In this document: positions 29,049 to 38,600 of the stretch, piece by piece | How positions within the stretch are numbered: the first letter of the stretch is position 1 | How the letters are laid out: every line of letters starts with the position of its first letter | Assembly (NCBI GenBank): GCA_963977015.1 | Contig: CAXBMO010000011.1 | Span: 1-64,000 of the forward strand | DNA from: an uncultured bacterium | Lineage (GTDB): Bacteria; Verrucomicrobiota; Verrucomicrobiia; Verrucomicrobiales; DEV007 | Direction of reading: 5' to 3' | DNA: 64,000 nt | The notes under the pieces: model-generated | Seen by the model: only the letters and a program-made list of their open reading frames with translations | The model's database searches: none | Told to the model about the DNA's origin: nothing | Translations under genes and position numbers: made by a program

Positions 29049-30872
29049 TTGAAGATTCAAGCGACAGAACAACAGGCTGCGATTGTTCAGCAACCCGTCC
29101 GGAAAGGGGAGGTGATGCAGCTCAACGCGTATGCGGGGACGGGAAAAACCTCGACGCTGGAGCTCTATGCCCGGGCGTTTCCGAAACTGCGGTTTTTGTA
29201 TCTCTGCTTCAATCGGGACAACGCGCGGGAAGCTCAACAGCGTTTTCCCGGCTATTGCGAGTGCAGCACGATTCACAGCAAAGCGTGGCACGCGGTGGGG
29301 CGAAACTTCGAGCGCGTCGCCAACCCTCGACCGCGCGAAGTCATGGAGGTGTTCCGGCTGGCGGCGTCATTTTTGGCGGTATACGTGCTCGATACGCTGA
29401 ACGCGTTTCTGCATTCCGCGGACCCGGAAATCGATTGGCAGCACGTTCGGACCAGTCCCGAAACTCCGGAGCGTCAACGGACTCGAATTCGCTCGGTGGC
29501 GCGAAAGTTGTGGGAGAAGATGCAGGACCCCGCCGATGCGACGGTTCCCATCAGTCACGATGGATATCTCAAGTTGTGGGCGCTGCAAAAACCCCGGATC
29601 GAGAACTACGACGTGATCTTTCTCGACGAAGCGCAGGACACGAATCCGGTGACTCTGGAAATCGTGCTGGAGCAGGTCGCGCAAAAGTCAGCCGGACTGG
29701 TTCTCGTGGGCGACACTCATCAGAGCATCTATCGTTGGCGCGACGCGGTGGATGCGATGGAGCAGGCCTCGGGAATGGCGAATTTCCGGTTTCCGCTCAC
29801 GGAGAGTTTTCGATTTGGGGGCGGAATTGCGCACGATGCCACGATTTTGCTCAATGAACTGAAGGGCGACCGTGTGAAGCTGGTCGGGAGAGGGGATTCC
29901 AGCGGCAAATCGTCCAGTTTTGCCGTGTTGGGACGAACCAACGCCACCTTGATCGCGGCGGCCGTGGAGAAGGCGCTCGACGGGATTCCGATCCACTTTT
30001 CCGCGACGACGGCTCAGGCGAACTGGGATCCGTTCACGCCTTACAAATTCCAGATGACGCTCGATGTCTACCACCTCTGGAGCAAGCAACGCCATCTCGT
30101 TCGCGATCCCTACATCAAGAAGTTTTCCAGTTTTGATGAGGTTGAGGAACACGCTCGAGGGGAGGGGACGGGGGGGCACGGGCGAGATGTTGAGCTCGCC
30201 TTGCAGATCGAATTCGTGAAAGAGCAGGGCGACGACATTCCCGGTTTGCTGGAGTTGTTGCGAAAGCAGAGTTGTGGCCCCAATGAGGCGAAACTGGCGT
30301 TCAGCACGGTTCATCGCGCCAAAGGCAAGGAATGGGATGCGGTCCGCCTGCTCGACGATTTTCTCGATCCCAACGACGAGGAGTTTCTCAAGAAAGGGGA
30401 TCCCGAGGTTGTCGCGGAGGAGTCGAACATTCTCTATGTTGCGGTGACGCGGGCTCGAAAGAAGGTGATGTATCCCGAGGAACTCTACGAGTGGTTTGCC
30501 AGCCTCACCGCTCCATCGGTCGAAACGAGCCACCGCATGGAACCCCGTGCGTCGGGGCGAAATGAGGGCTCGAACGAAGCGCCATCCGCGACATCGACGC
30601 CGAAACCCGCAGGGACGCTGAGCTTGAAATCGGTCGCACGCCGAATCGCGGCAAAGCCCTTGAAAAAGCCGACCTCCAGCTTGCTTCCCAAGTTGCAGAA
30701 GACGCGCGAGACCTATTCCCGGGCCTATGAACCGTGGGATCACGCGGAAGACAAGCTGCTCGGCCAGGCTTATCTTCGCACGCAAAGTGTTGAAGCCCTG
30801 TCCAAGCTGTTCCGGCGCCAACCCAAAGCGATTAGCAAACGCATCCTCACGCTGAAACTGACGGTCGGGTAG
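29049..30872 (+). CDS. UvrD-like superfamily 1 helicase
   Basis: AGTGKT, DEAQD, GDTHQSIY, SFRFG, TVHRAKGKEW, YVAVTRA; TTG start. Confidence 0.9.
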   Translation: MKIQATEQQAAIVQQPVRKGEVMQLNAYAGTGKTSTLELYARAFPKLRFLYLCFNRDNAREAQQRFPGYCECSTIHSKAWHAVGRNFERVANPRPREVMEVFRLAASFLAVYVLDTLNAFLHSADPEIDWQHVRTSPETPERQRTRIRSVARKLWEKMQDPADATVPISHDGYLKLWALQKPRIENYDVIFLDEAQDTNPVTLEIVLEQVAQKSAGLVLVGDTHQSIYRWRDAVDAMEQASGMANFRFPLTESFRFGGGIAHDATILLNELKGDRVKLVGRGDSSGKSSSFAVLGRTNATLIAAAVEKALDGIPIHFSATTAQANWDPFTPYKFQMTLDVYHLWSKQRHLVRDPYIKKFSSFDEVEEHARGEGTGGHGRDVELALQIEFVKEQGDDIPGLLELLRKQSCGPNEAKLAFSTVHRAKGKEWDAVRLLDDFLDPNDEEFLKKGDPEVVAEESNILYVAVTRARKKVMYPEELYEWFASLTAPSVETSHRMEPRASGRNEGSNEAPSATSTPKPAGTLSLKSVARRIAAKPLKKPTSSLLPKLQKTRETYSRAYEPWDHAEDKLLGQAYLRTQSVEALSKLFRRQPKAISKRILTLKLTVG

Positions 30873-31545
30873 CGCTGACGATCCGCCAGTTTCGCCAGCT
30901 TTGCGGATTCCGGATCGCCACCTCAAACCCGGCTTTCTCCAGTTTGGCGCGAATTCCCGGCAGGATGAACGTGTGATAATACATCACGAATTGGGGCTTG
31001 ATCAGCGCGTTTCGCACTCGCATCGCCGTGTTGAAACTGTGGGTGAACCAAGCCGTGGGCGTCCAGGGCTCGGGGCGAAAGCTCGTGACAAACAGGAATC
31101 GTCCTCCCGGTTTCAACGCCTGAAACACCTTCGCGATCAGCAGATCCTCTTCTTCATCGACGAAGTGTCCCAGCGCGCCAAAACACGTCGCGATGTCGAA
31201 CTCACCATCAAATTCCATCTCGCGGACGTCGCCGTGGATGAGCTCCAACTCGGCATCGCCTGGATCCACATTGACCTCATTCAACATTCCCTGGCTGAAG
31301 TCGATTCCCACCATTCGCTGTTTCACGCTTGGTGCCAGCATCCGCAATCCGGCTCCGGTCCCGCAGCAAACATCCAGGGCGCATTCCACCTCACCAACCA
31401 TTGGGCCGACGGCTTCCAGCATCCAGCTTGGCGTCAGATACGGGGTGTATTCGAACTTCGGCGCGAGCATGTCATAACCCCGCTCCGTCGACGAAAGCGC
31501 CTGACGGGCTTGCTCCATAAAAGTGGGGCCTTTGGGATGAAACAT
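30847..31545 (-). CDS. Class I SAM-dependent methyltransferase
   Basis: LDVCCGTG, GIDFSQGML, LKPGGRF. Confidence 0.88.
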   Translation of the reverse strand: MFHPKGPTFMEQARQALSSTERGYDMLAPKFEYTPYLTPSWMLEAVGPMVGEVECALDVCCGTGAGLRMLAPSVKQRMVGIDFSQGMLNEVNVDPGDAELELIHGDVREMEFDGEFDIATCFGALGHFVDEEEDLLIAKVFQALKPGGRFLFVTSFRPEPWTPTAWFTHSFNTAMRVRNALIKPQFVMYYHTFILPGIRAKLEKAGFEVAIRNPQSWRNWRIVSATRPSVSA

Positions 31546-32012
31546 TAGCGGATGTAGCGTCGGATCTCGAACTCGGGGTGCGTTTCCACCACTTCGGCGA
31601 GTTGAAATTCCTCTTCGAAAGGCGGCAGAAACGTATCTCCCTCGTATTCCGCGAAAACGTAGGTCAACAAGACCTCGTCGCAGCGCGCGAAAAAGTAATC
31701 GTAGATCATTGCTCCGCCGATCACGTAAACGTCCGTTTCCAGGCTCAGCTTCTCCAAGTCATCGGGATGCCGGATCAAATCAACTCCTTCGGGCACGGAT
31801 TCCAGGCTGCACGAAAGCACGATGTTTCGCCGTTTCGGCAGCGGTCGCCCGATCGAATCCCACGTTTTGCGTCCCATCAGGATGGCGCTTCCGGTCGTGG
31901 TCCGCTTGAAGAACTTCAGATCGTCCGGCAGTTGCCAGGGGAGCCCGCCATTGCGACCGATCACACGATTGGCGGCCATGGCGACGATGGCGATGGTTCG
32001 AGGGGCGGGCAT
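31545..32012 (-). CDS. folA: Dihydrofolate reductase
   Basis: VIGRNGGLPW, MGRKTWDSI, PLPKRRNIVLS, VIGG, GDTF. Confidence 0.95.
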   Translation of the reverse strand: MPAPRTIAIVAMAANRVIGRNGGLPWQLPDDLKFFKRTTTGSAILMGRKTWDSIGRPLPKRRNIVLSCSLESVPEGVDLIRHPDDLEKLSLETDVYVIGGAMIYDYFFARCDEVLLTYVFAEYEGDTFLPPFEEEFQLAEVVETHPEFEIRRYIR

Positions 32013-32241
32013 ACCTTTCTCTATCCGTGTTCCTGCCCGGATTTCAAATCGCAATCGAGTTGGCCTGGTCCGGGGCTGTCGGGAACGACTCCGTGTCCGG
32101 TTTTTGAAACGGGAGCTTTGGGGAGTGGTTTCACTGACCAGGCGAACTTCACCCGCCCATTCAGTTTGCCCATTCCAAGAGGATCTGGAGCCATTTGGAA
32201 GCCTGGCCGGAAAGTTTTTTCAGAAATTCATAAAGAAATCC

Positions 32242-32271
32242 TTTACAACGGTGACGGTTTTGTCATAGAAT
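32242..32271 (+). promoter_or_regulatory. Sigma70-like promoter
   Basis: TTTACA-N18-TAGAAT directly upstream of the structured element at 32278. Confidence 0.5.
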
Positions 32272-32277
32272 TACCCC

Positions 32278-32403
32278 GAACTCCAGCAATGGAGTGGAAC
32301 CCTTCGGTGCTCGGCACCTCCTGCCCAACCTGCCTCCTATTGCCAGCCGAGGGGTTCATTCCTTTCAACTTAGGCCAAGCGAAAGCTTGGCCTAAGTTAT
32401 TTT
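32278..32403 (+). ncRNA. Candidate structured sRNA or cis-regulatory leader with CCUCC motifs
   Basis: ACTCCA-GCAA-TGGAGT hairpin, an 11-bp stem (32297-32307 with 32347-32357) enclosing GGCA-CCTCC-TGCC, then a terminator-like hairpin. Confidence 0.5.
32367..32403 (+). terminator. Intrinsic terminator-like hairpin
   Basis: Perfect 14-bp stem AACTTAGGCCAAGC-GAAA-GCTTGGCCTAAGTT followed by ATTTT. Confidence 0.7.
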
Positions 32404-32535
32404 GGGCCCGCCGTATGAAAAGGAATATGCACGTAAAATCGGCTCGTCGCGATGTAAAATTTGTTCATTTTTGGTTAATATTCTTGCTGCCACTCACTGA
32501 TGTTACGGTGTAGTTGGTAAATTCAATAAAAAGGA

Positions 32536-33216
32536 GTGCCCGTGAAAGATACGGAATCGAAGCAAAAGAGGATATACAGGGTTTTCCTCCTCGAAGATCA
32601 TGAGTTCATGCGAGGAGGGCTTAGGGCTTTTCTGAGTATCGAGCCACAGCTTGAAATCTGTGGCGAAGCTGAAAGGCTGGAAGGTGCGACCGAAGCCATT
32701 TTTGAATCCAAAGCCGATGTCGTCATTTTGGATATCGCTCTGCCCGATGGAAGTGGGCTGGAGTTCACCAAGGATCTCCGAAACGCCGGGTTCGAGGGGG
32801 CGATTCTTGCCCTGACCATGCATCCTGAGTCACTCTACGCCAACCGCATGCTGCAGGCAGGTGCGAACGGTTACGTGACGAAGAGTGATAAACAGGAACT
32901 TGTTTTGGAGGCGCTTTACGAAGTGCTGAAAGGCAATACTTATGTCAGCAATGAGTGGAAGGTTCAGCAGGCGAAGCAAGGAATCCAAAGCGATCGGACG
33001 GAGAAAATGGAACAGGCTGAGCAGTTGACGGACCGGCAGATTCAGATTTTGGAACTGATGGGGGCGGGCCTTCCGACTCCTAAAATTTGTGAGCGTCTGA
33101 ATATCAAGACTGCAACGGTGAATGTGCAGCGCATGCGGATGAAAGAGCGGCTGGGAATTTCTGACCTGAGCGAACTCACCCACTTTGCGGTGGTGCTGTT
33201 CGGTCAAAATCCGTGA
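32536..33216 (+). CDS. NarL/FixJ family response regulator (REC plus LuxR HTH), orphan
   Basis: EDH, LDIALPDGSG, GANGYVTK, LTDRQ...HTH. Confidence 0.92.
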   Translation: MPVKDTESKQKRIYRVFLLEDHEFMRGGLRAFLSIEPQLEICGEAERLEGATEAIFESKADVVILDIALPDGSGLEFTKDLRNAGFEGAILALTMHPESLYANRMLQAGANGYVTKSDKQELVLEALYEVLKGNTYVSNEWKVQQAKQGIQSDRTEKMEQAEQLTDRQIQILELMGAGLPTPKICERLNIKTATVNVQRMRMKERLGISDLSELTHFAVVLFGQNP

Positions 33217-33244
33217 AACTGCCGTACGGCCAAATCGGCCGCTG

Positions 33245-34042
33245 CTAGACCGCGATCGGCGCTTTGATTGTCGGGTGTGGATCGTATCCGACCAGCTCAA
33301 AATCCTCGAATCGGAAGTCGTCGATCTCTTTCACTTTCGGATTGATTCGCATCGTGGGTAAATCGCGGAAATCGCGCGCGAGTTGCTCCCGTGTTTGATC
33401 CAGATGGTTCTGGTAGAGATGTAAATCGCCAAACGTGTGGACGAAATCGCCGGGTTTCAGCTCGCAAACCTGGGCGATCATCATCGTGAGCAATGCGTAG
33501 GAGGCGATGTTGAAAGGAACGCCGAGAAACAAATCCGCACTTCGTTGGTAAAGCTGACAACTCAGTTCGCCATCGTTCACATAAAACTGGAACATCGTGT
33601 GGCATGGCGGCAATGCCATTTTCGGCACGTCCACCGGGTTCCAACCGCTGACGATGTGGCGGCGACTAAATGGATTGGTCCGAATCCCCTCGATCAATTC
33701 CGCAATTTGGTCGATTGGCTCCGCGTCGGGGGCGCCCTGCCAGCGACGCCATTGCTTCCCATACACCGGACCCAAATCACCATTTTCGTCGGCCCATTCA
33801 TCCCAAATCGTCACCTTGTTTTCACGAAGATAGCCGATGTTCGTATCGCCCTGCAAAAACCAGAGCAACTCGTGGATAATCGAGCGCAGGTGCAGCTTCT
33901 TCGTGGTCAGGCAGGGAAACGTGTCCCGCAGATCGAATCGCGCCTGGGCGCCAAACACGCTCAGCGTGCCAGTTCCCGTGCGATCATCGCGTGACTTTCC
34001 CTCGTCCAGAACCAGGCGCAAAAGGCGGTGGTATTCTCGCAT
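33245..34042 (-). CDS. thyA: Thymidylate synthase
   Basis: [33 protein letters not shown]. Confidence 0.98.
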   Translation of the reverse strand: MREYHRLLRLVLDEGKSRDDRTGTGTLSVFGAQARFDLRDTFPCLTTKKLHLRSIIHELLWFLQGDTNIGYLRENKVTIWDEWADENGDLGPVYGKQWRRWQGAPDAEPIDQIAELIEGIRTNPFSRRHIVSGWNPVDVPKMALPPCHTMFQFYVNDGELSCQLYQRSADLFLGVPFNIASYALLTMMIAQVCELKPGDFVHTFGDLHLYQNHLDQTREQLARDFRDLPTMRINPKVKEIDDFRFEDFELVGYDPHPTIKAPIAV

Positions 34043-34130
34043 GAGGATGAGGTTAGGCCAAAGCTGGGAGCTATTCCACTTTTCTCAAGGGAATCCCGCA
34101 ACTCGGCGAAAAGGCCTGGGTTTAAAGGGC

Positions 34131-35408
34131 ATGAAGAACTTGATTTCAGCCTTCTTTTTCGTCCTGGGACTGGGGGCATTTTCCGCGCAGGCACAGCAAC
34201 TACCACTCAATCAACCGGTCCCGGACGTGACCGCATATGATGCTGATGGGAATGCGTTTTCGTTTCGGGACAACCTGAAGGGCGAGACATCAGTGGTTGT
34301 TTTTGGCTGCCTCACTTGACCACCGTTTCTTCGAAACGTCCCCGGTCTGGAGACGGTTTATCAGGATTACTCGGGAAAAGGGGTCAAGTTTTACTACGTC
34401 TACAAGGCGTTGGCGCACCCGGAGCGGGATGGCTTCGTTCAGCCACTGACGTTGGAGGAGCGGCTCATGCACGTGAAGGAAGCGGCTCGCCGGTTGTCCA
34501 CGCAATGGACGTGGTTGGCGGATGCGCCGGATAATCAGATAAAGAACGCATTTGGGAACCGAAACAACTCGGAGTTCGTGATCGATCCGGAAGGGACGAT
34601 CGTTCGTGCCCGGACGTGGAGCAATGAGGAGGCGCTGCGTAAGGATTTGGCGGCGATGGTCGGAAGCGTGGAGACGCCGACGAAGGTGGCGGATCTTGAA
34701 ATGAAATCGCTTCCCGCCGAGCGCGATGGGGCGATTGCGACCAATGTGGTGCCGAGGGTTCCCGCTCCCGAGGGCGCCAAACCGCTCAAGGTTACCGCGT
34801 CCGGCGACGGCCCGTTCTATCTGAAGCTGCGGGTTGAGGCGAACCCGGATTTGCTGCGAACCGGGACGGGAAAAGCGAGACTGGGCTTTTGGCTGGACCC
34901 GATTCATCAGGTGCATTGGAACAACCTGGCGGAACCCCTGAAGTTTCGGGTGATTGCGGAGAACGGAACCACCGTCGAACCTGCGATCGGCACGGCTCCG
35001 AAAGTCGAGGTGGAAGCGGACTATGATCCTCGCGAATTCGCCGTAGAGATTTCCGGCGCGAATCGGAGCATGCCGATCAAGGTCGAGGTGAGCTATTTTC
35101 CCTGTCATGACGTCGACAAATGGTGCCGGGCGGTCACTCAGGAGTTTTCCATCGTTTTGGAGGAAGATCGACACGCTGGAAAGCCATCATCCCAGATGAG
35201 AGGGCGAGGGACCGGAGGAAAAGGCCCGGCGGGAAGCCGGGGCCCGAACCCCGAGCGGTTTCTTGCCAGAGCAGACGCAAATGGGGACGGAAAGATTGCC
35301 AAAAGCGAGGCACGGGGAAAGATGGGGGAACGCTTTGACCAAATGGATCTGGACAAGGACGGCTTCGTGACTCTGGAAGAGATGAAGCGGCATTTCTCGA
35401 ATCGCTAG
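34131..35408 (+). CDS. Secreted selenoprotein, deiodinase-like thioredoxin fold (CLTU) with a C-terminal EF-hand; Sec codon TGA at 34317-34319
   Basis: The track ORFs 33837-34319 and 34410-35408 share a frame and are separated only by TGA. Read-through gives FGCLT-U-PPF...ALAHPERDG. Confidence 0.85.
34334..34359 (+). promoter_or_regulatory. Bacterial SECIS element candidate
   Basis: Hairpin AAACGTCCCC-GGTCT-GGAGACGGTTT with an apical GGUCU that begins 24 nt after the UGA. Confidence 0.75.
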
Positions 35409-35504
35409 CACGGTTTCTCTTTTGTCATAACCTCTTGTGCTGATTGTAGATCCATTCGGCGAGATCCGTCGTTGACGAGAGCCTACCTTTGACGTAACCC
35501 GTTT

Positions 35505-35530
35505 GAGCCCGCATTCTGGCGGGTTCTTTT
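35505..35530 (+). terminator. Terminator-like hairpin between the selenoprotein gene and gltB
   Basis: GAGCCCGC-ATTCTG-GCGGGTTC followed by TTTT. Confidence 0.5.
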
Positions 35531-35633
35531 GGCCGATTCCGAGTAAAATGTTGGCCCAGGAGGCTCCGCCAGCAATGGGGACGCGTCTTGAATCGGGCGA
35601 ATCATGCCCTCAATTCCTTGAGCAACATCATTG

Positions 35634-38600
35634 ATGAATCGGAAACTACTCCCACATTATCCACATGTGCAGGGCAGCCTGCACCAGCCTAATTTGGAAC
35701 GTGATGCCTGTGGCGTCGGCGTGGTAGCCCACGTCAAAGGCGAACGGAGCAACAAGATCCTGGAATATGGATTGGTCAGTTGTTGCAATGTGATGCATCG
35801 CGGGGCGATGGAGGCTGATGGGAAGACCGGCGATGGCGCCGGCGTCCTGACCCAATTGCCCTACAAGATCCTGTTGCCTGCGGCCGAGGCCATGGGCGTG
35901 AAGCTGGACGACGAGAAGGAACTTGGCGTAGGCGTATTCTTTTTGCCACAGGACGCGGAATGCCGGACCAAGGCAAAGGTGATGACGGAGGGAATCATCC
36001 GGCAACACCAGATCGAGGTGATCGGCTGGCGCGAGGTGCCAGTCAATCCCGATGAATTGGGCGAGAAGGCTCGCAAGACCATGCCGGTGATTGAGCAACT
36101 GCTGGTGAAGCGCGGCGCGGACATGGACGAGAAGAAATTTGAGCGGAGCCTCTATATGACGCGCCGGGAAATCGAGCGAAAAATGAGGGAGGAGATTCCC
36201 GACCTTTACATCAGTTCCTTTTCCCATCGCACCATTTCCTATAAAGCGTTGGCTTTGCCTCCGGCGATGCGGAAGTTTTATGCGGATTTGACGAATCCCG
36301 ACTACGAAACGGGGATTTGCCTCTATCACCAGCGATTTTCCACCAATACGTTTCCAAGCTGGCCTCTCGGACAGCCCTTCCGGATGTTGGCTCACAACGG
36401 TGAGATCAATACCGTGAGAGGCAACCGCAACTGGCTCAATTGCAGCGAAAAGGACTTCAAGAGCGATGTCTGGGGGGATGAGATCGATCTCATGACCGAA
36501 GTGGTGCATTCCGATGATTCGGATTCGGCCAGCCTCGATGCCGCTTTGGAGCTGCTCGTCCTTTCGGGACGCAGTGTGCCTCACGCGATGGCGATGTTGG
36601 TTCCTGCCGCTTGGCGAATTGACCCGACCACGCCAAAACCAGTTCAGTCCTTTTACGAATATCATCGCTGCTTCCAGGAGCCTTGGGATGGTCCCGCCTC
36701 CCTCGTGTTTACCGATGGCCGAGTGGTCGCGGCAACGCTTGATCGCAACGGGTTGCGTCCATCTCGCTTCAAATTGACGGAAGACGGCATCTTTTCGCTT
36801 GGATCAGAGGTTGGCACCATCGGACTGGATGATGAGAAAGTGATCCGGAAGGGGCGGCTTGCTCCCGGCCAGATGATCTGCGTAGACACGATCGACGGAG
36901 TGTTTTATTCCGACGACGAAGTGAAGGATGCGCTTGGTGCGAAGCAACCCTACGGGAAGTGGCTGGAAGAAAACCGGGTTCACTTCAGCGAGTTGGTCAG
37001 CTCTGAGCCGCAGGCGCCAGAGGGTGACCTGGATGTGATGTCCCTGACGCAGAAGCAGGTGACCTTCGACATCAACAAGGAGGAGGTGGGAGAGATTCTC
37101 GCGCCCATGCTGAAAACCGGCGCCGAGGCGATTGGATCGATGGGAGACGATGCCGCGTTGAGCATCCTTTCCAGCCGGCCGAAACTTTTGCTGACCTACT
37201 TCAAGCAGCTGTTTGCCCAGGTCACGAATCCGCCGATCGATCCGATCCGCGAACGGCTCGTCATGTCGTTGAACGTCAATCTTGGCTGGCAACGCAACCG
37301 TCTGGTTGAGAGCCCTGAGCACGCCAGAATGGTTCACCTGGCTTCGCCGTTTTTGCTCGATCATCAGTTGGAGAAGCTGATGAATTTGGAAGGGTTTCCA
37401 TCCCGCAAAATTGATATCACCTGGCCCGTCAGCGAAGGTGCGGCCGGGCTCGAGAAGGCGATCGACCGAATCTCGCGGGAAGCCGAAGAAGCGGCCGATG
37501 CCCACAACCCGATTTTGGTGCTGTCTGATCGAAACGTGGATCACGAACATGCCCCGATTCCCGCAATCATGGCAGTTGGTGCGGTTCACAACCACCTGAA
37601 CCGGGTTCACAAGCGGATGTGGTTGAGCATTGTGATCGAGACTGGAGAAGTGCGGGACACGCACTCCGCTGCCACCATGTTTGGTTTTGGCGCGCAGGCG
37701 ATCGTCCCGTATTTGGCTGTGGACACCATTCGCGAAGCGTTGCAGAACGATCCCCGGAAAAAATTGGGTGAGATCAGTTATGTTGACGGGGTGAAGAACT
37801 ACCTTTCTGCCTTGGAGAAAGGTGTGCTCAAGATCATGAGCAAGATGGGGATCAGTGTGCTTTCCAGCTACCAGGGCGCTCAAATTTTTGAGGCCGTTGG
37901 TGTGGGCTCGAAAGTCATCGATCGTTGCTTCACGGGAACCTCTTCCAAAGTTGAGGGAGTCGGATTTGAAGAGATTGCGAACGAGACGCTTGACCGCCAT
38001 CGCCAGGCTTTTGGCAAGGCTGTGCCAGGCGGAGAGGAAGTTGCGCTGAAGCTCGACGATCCGGGTTACCTGAAGTTTCGGCGCGATGGTGAGCGCCACG
38101 GGATGCCAAACCCGATCATCAAAAATTTCCACACCTTCATTAAATCGGGCGATCCGGTTCAGTATGAACAGTACGTCGAAGACCTGAAGTCGCACCATCC
38201 GGTCGCGCTGAAGGACGTGATGGATTTCAATTCGCCCAATGACCCGATTCCGGTCGAAGAAGTGGAGCCGAAGGAAGAAATCTTGCGACGCTTCACCACC
38301 GCAGCCATGTCGCTGGGCGCGTTGAGCCCGGAAGCGCATGAGATGCTGGCCGTGGCGATGAACCGGATTGGGGGACGTTCCGATTCCGGAGAGGGAGGAG
38401 AAGACAGTCGCCGATTTACGCGCTACACGGAAGAAACTGCCAAGGATACGATTTTCGAGGCTGGAGATTGGGGGAATTCCAAGATCAAGCAGGTCGCTTC
38501 CGGTCGTTTTGGAGTTCACACCCATTACCTGGTCAACGCCGAGCAGTTGGAGATCAAGATGGCTCAAGGCGCGAAGCCGGGAGAAGGTGGTCAACTGCCG

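Noticed and set aside
32289-32513. 74-aa ORF MEWNPS...CPTC (tail of the 31578-32513 ORF)
   Set aside because: It runs through a strong terminator-like hairpin, has no clear RBS and only a single CxxC. The RNA interpretation is preferred, though this ORF is not fully excluded.
33837-35408. Reading this locus as two genes or a nonsense pseudogene
   Set aside because: The TGA falls exactly at the redox-active position and is followed by a SECIS-like hairpin, so selenocysteine read-through fits better.
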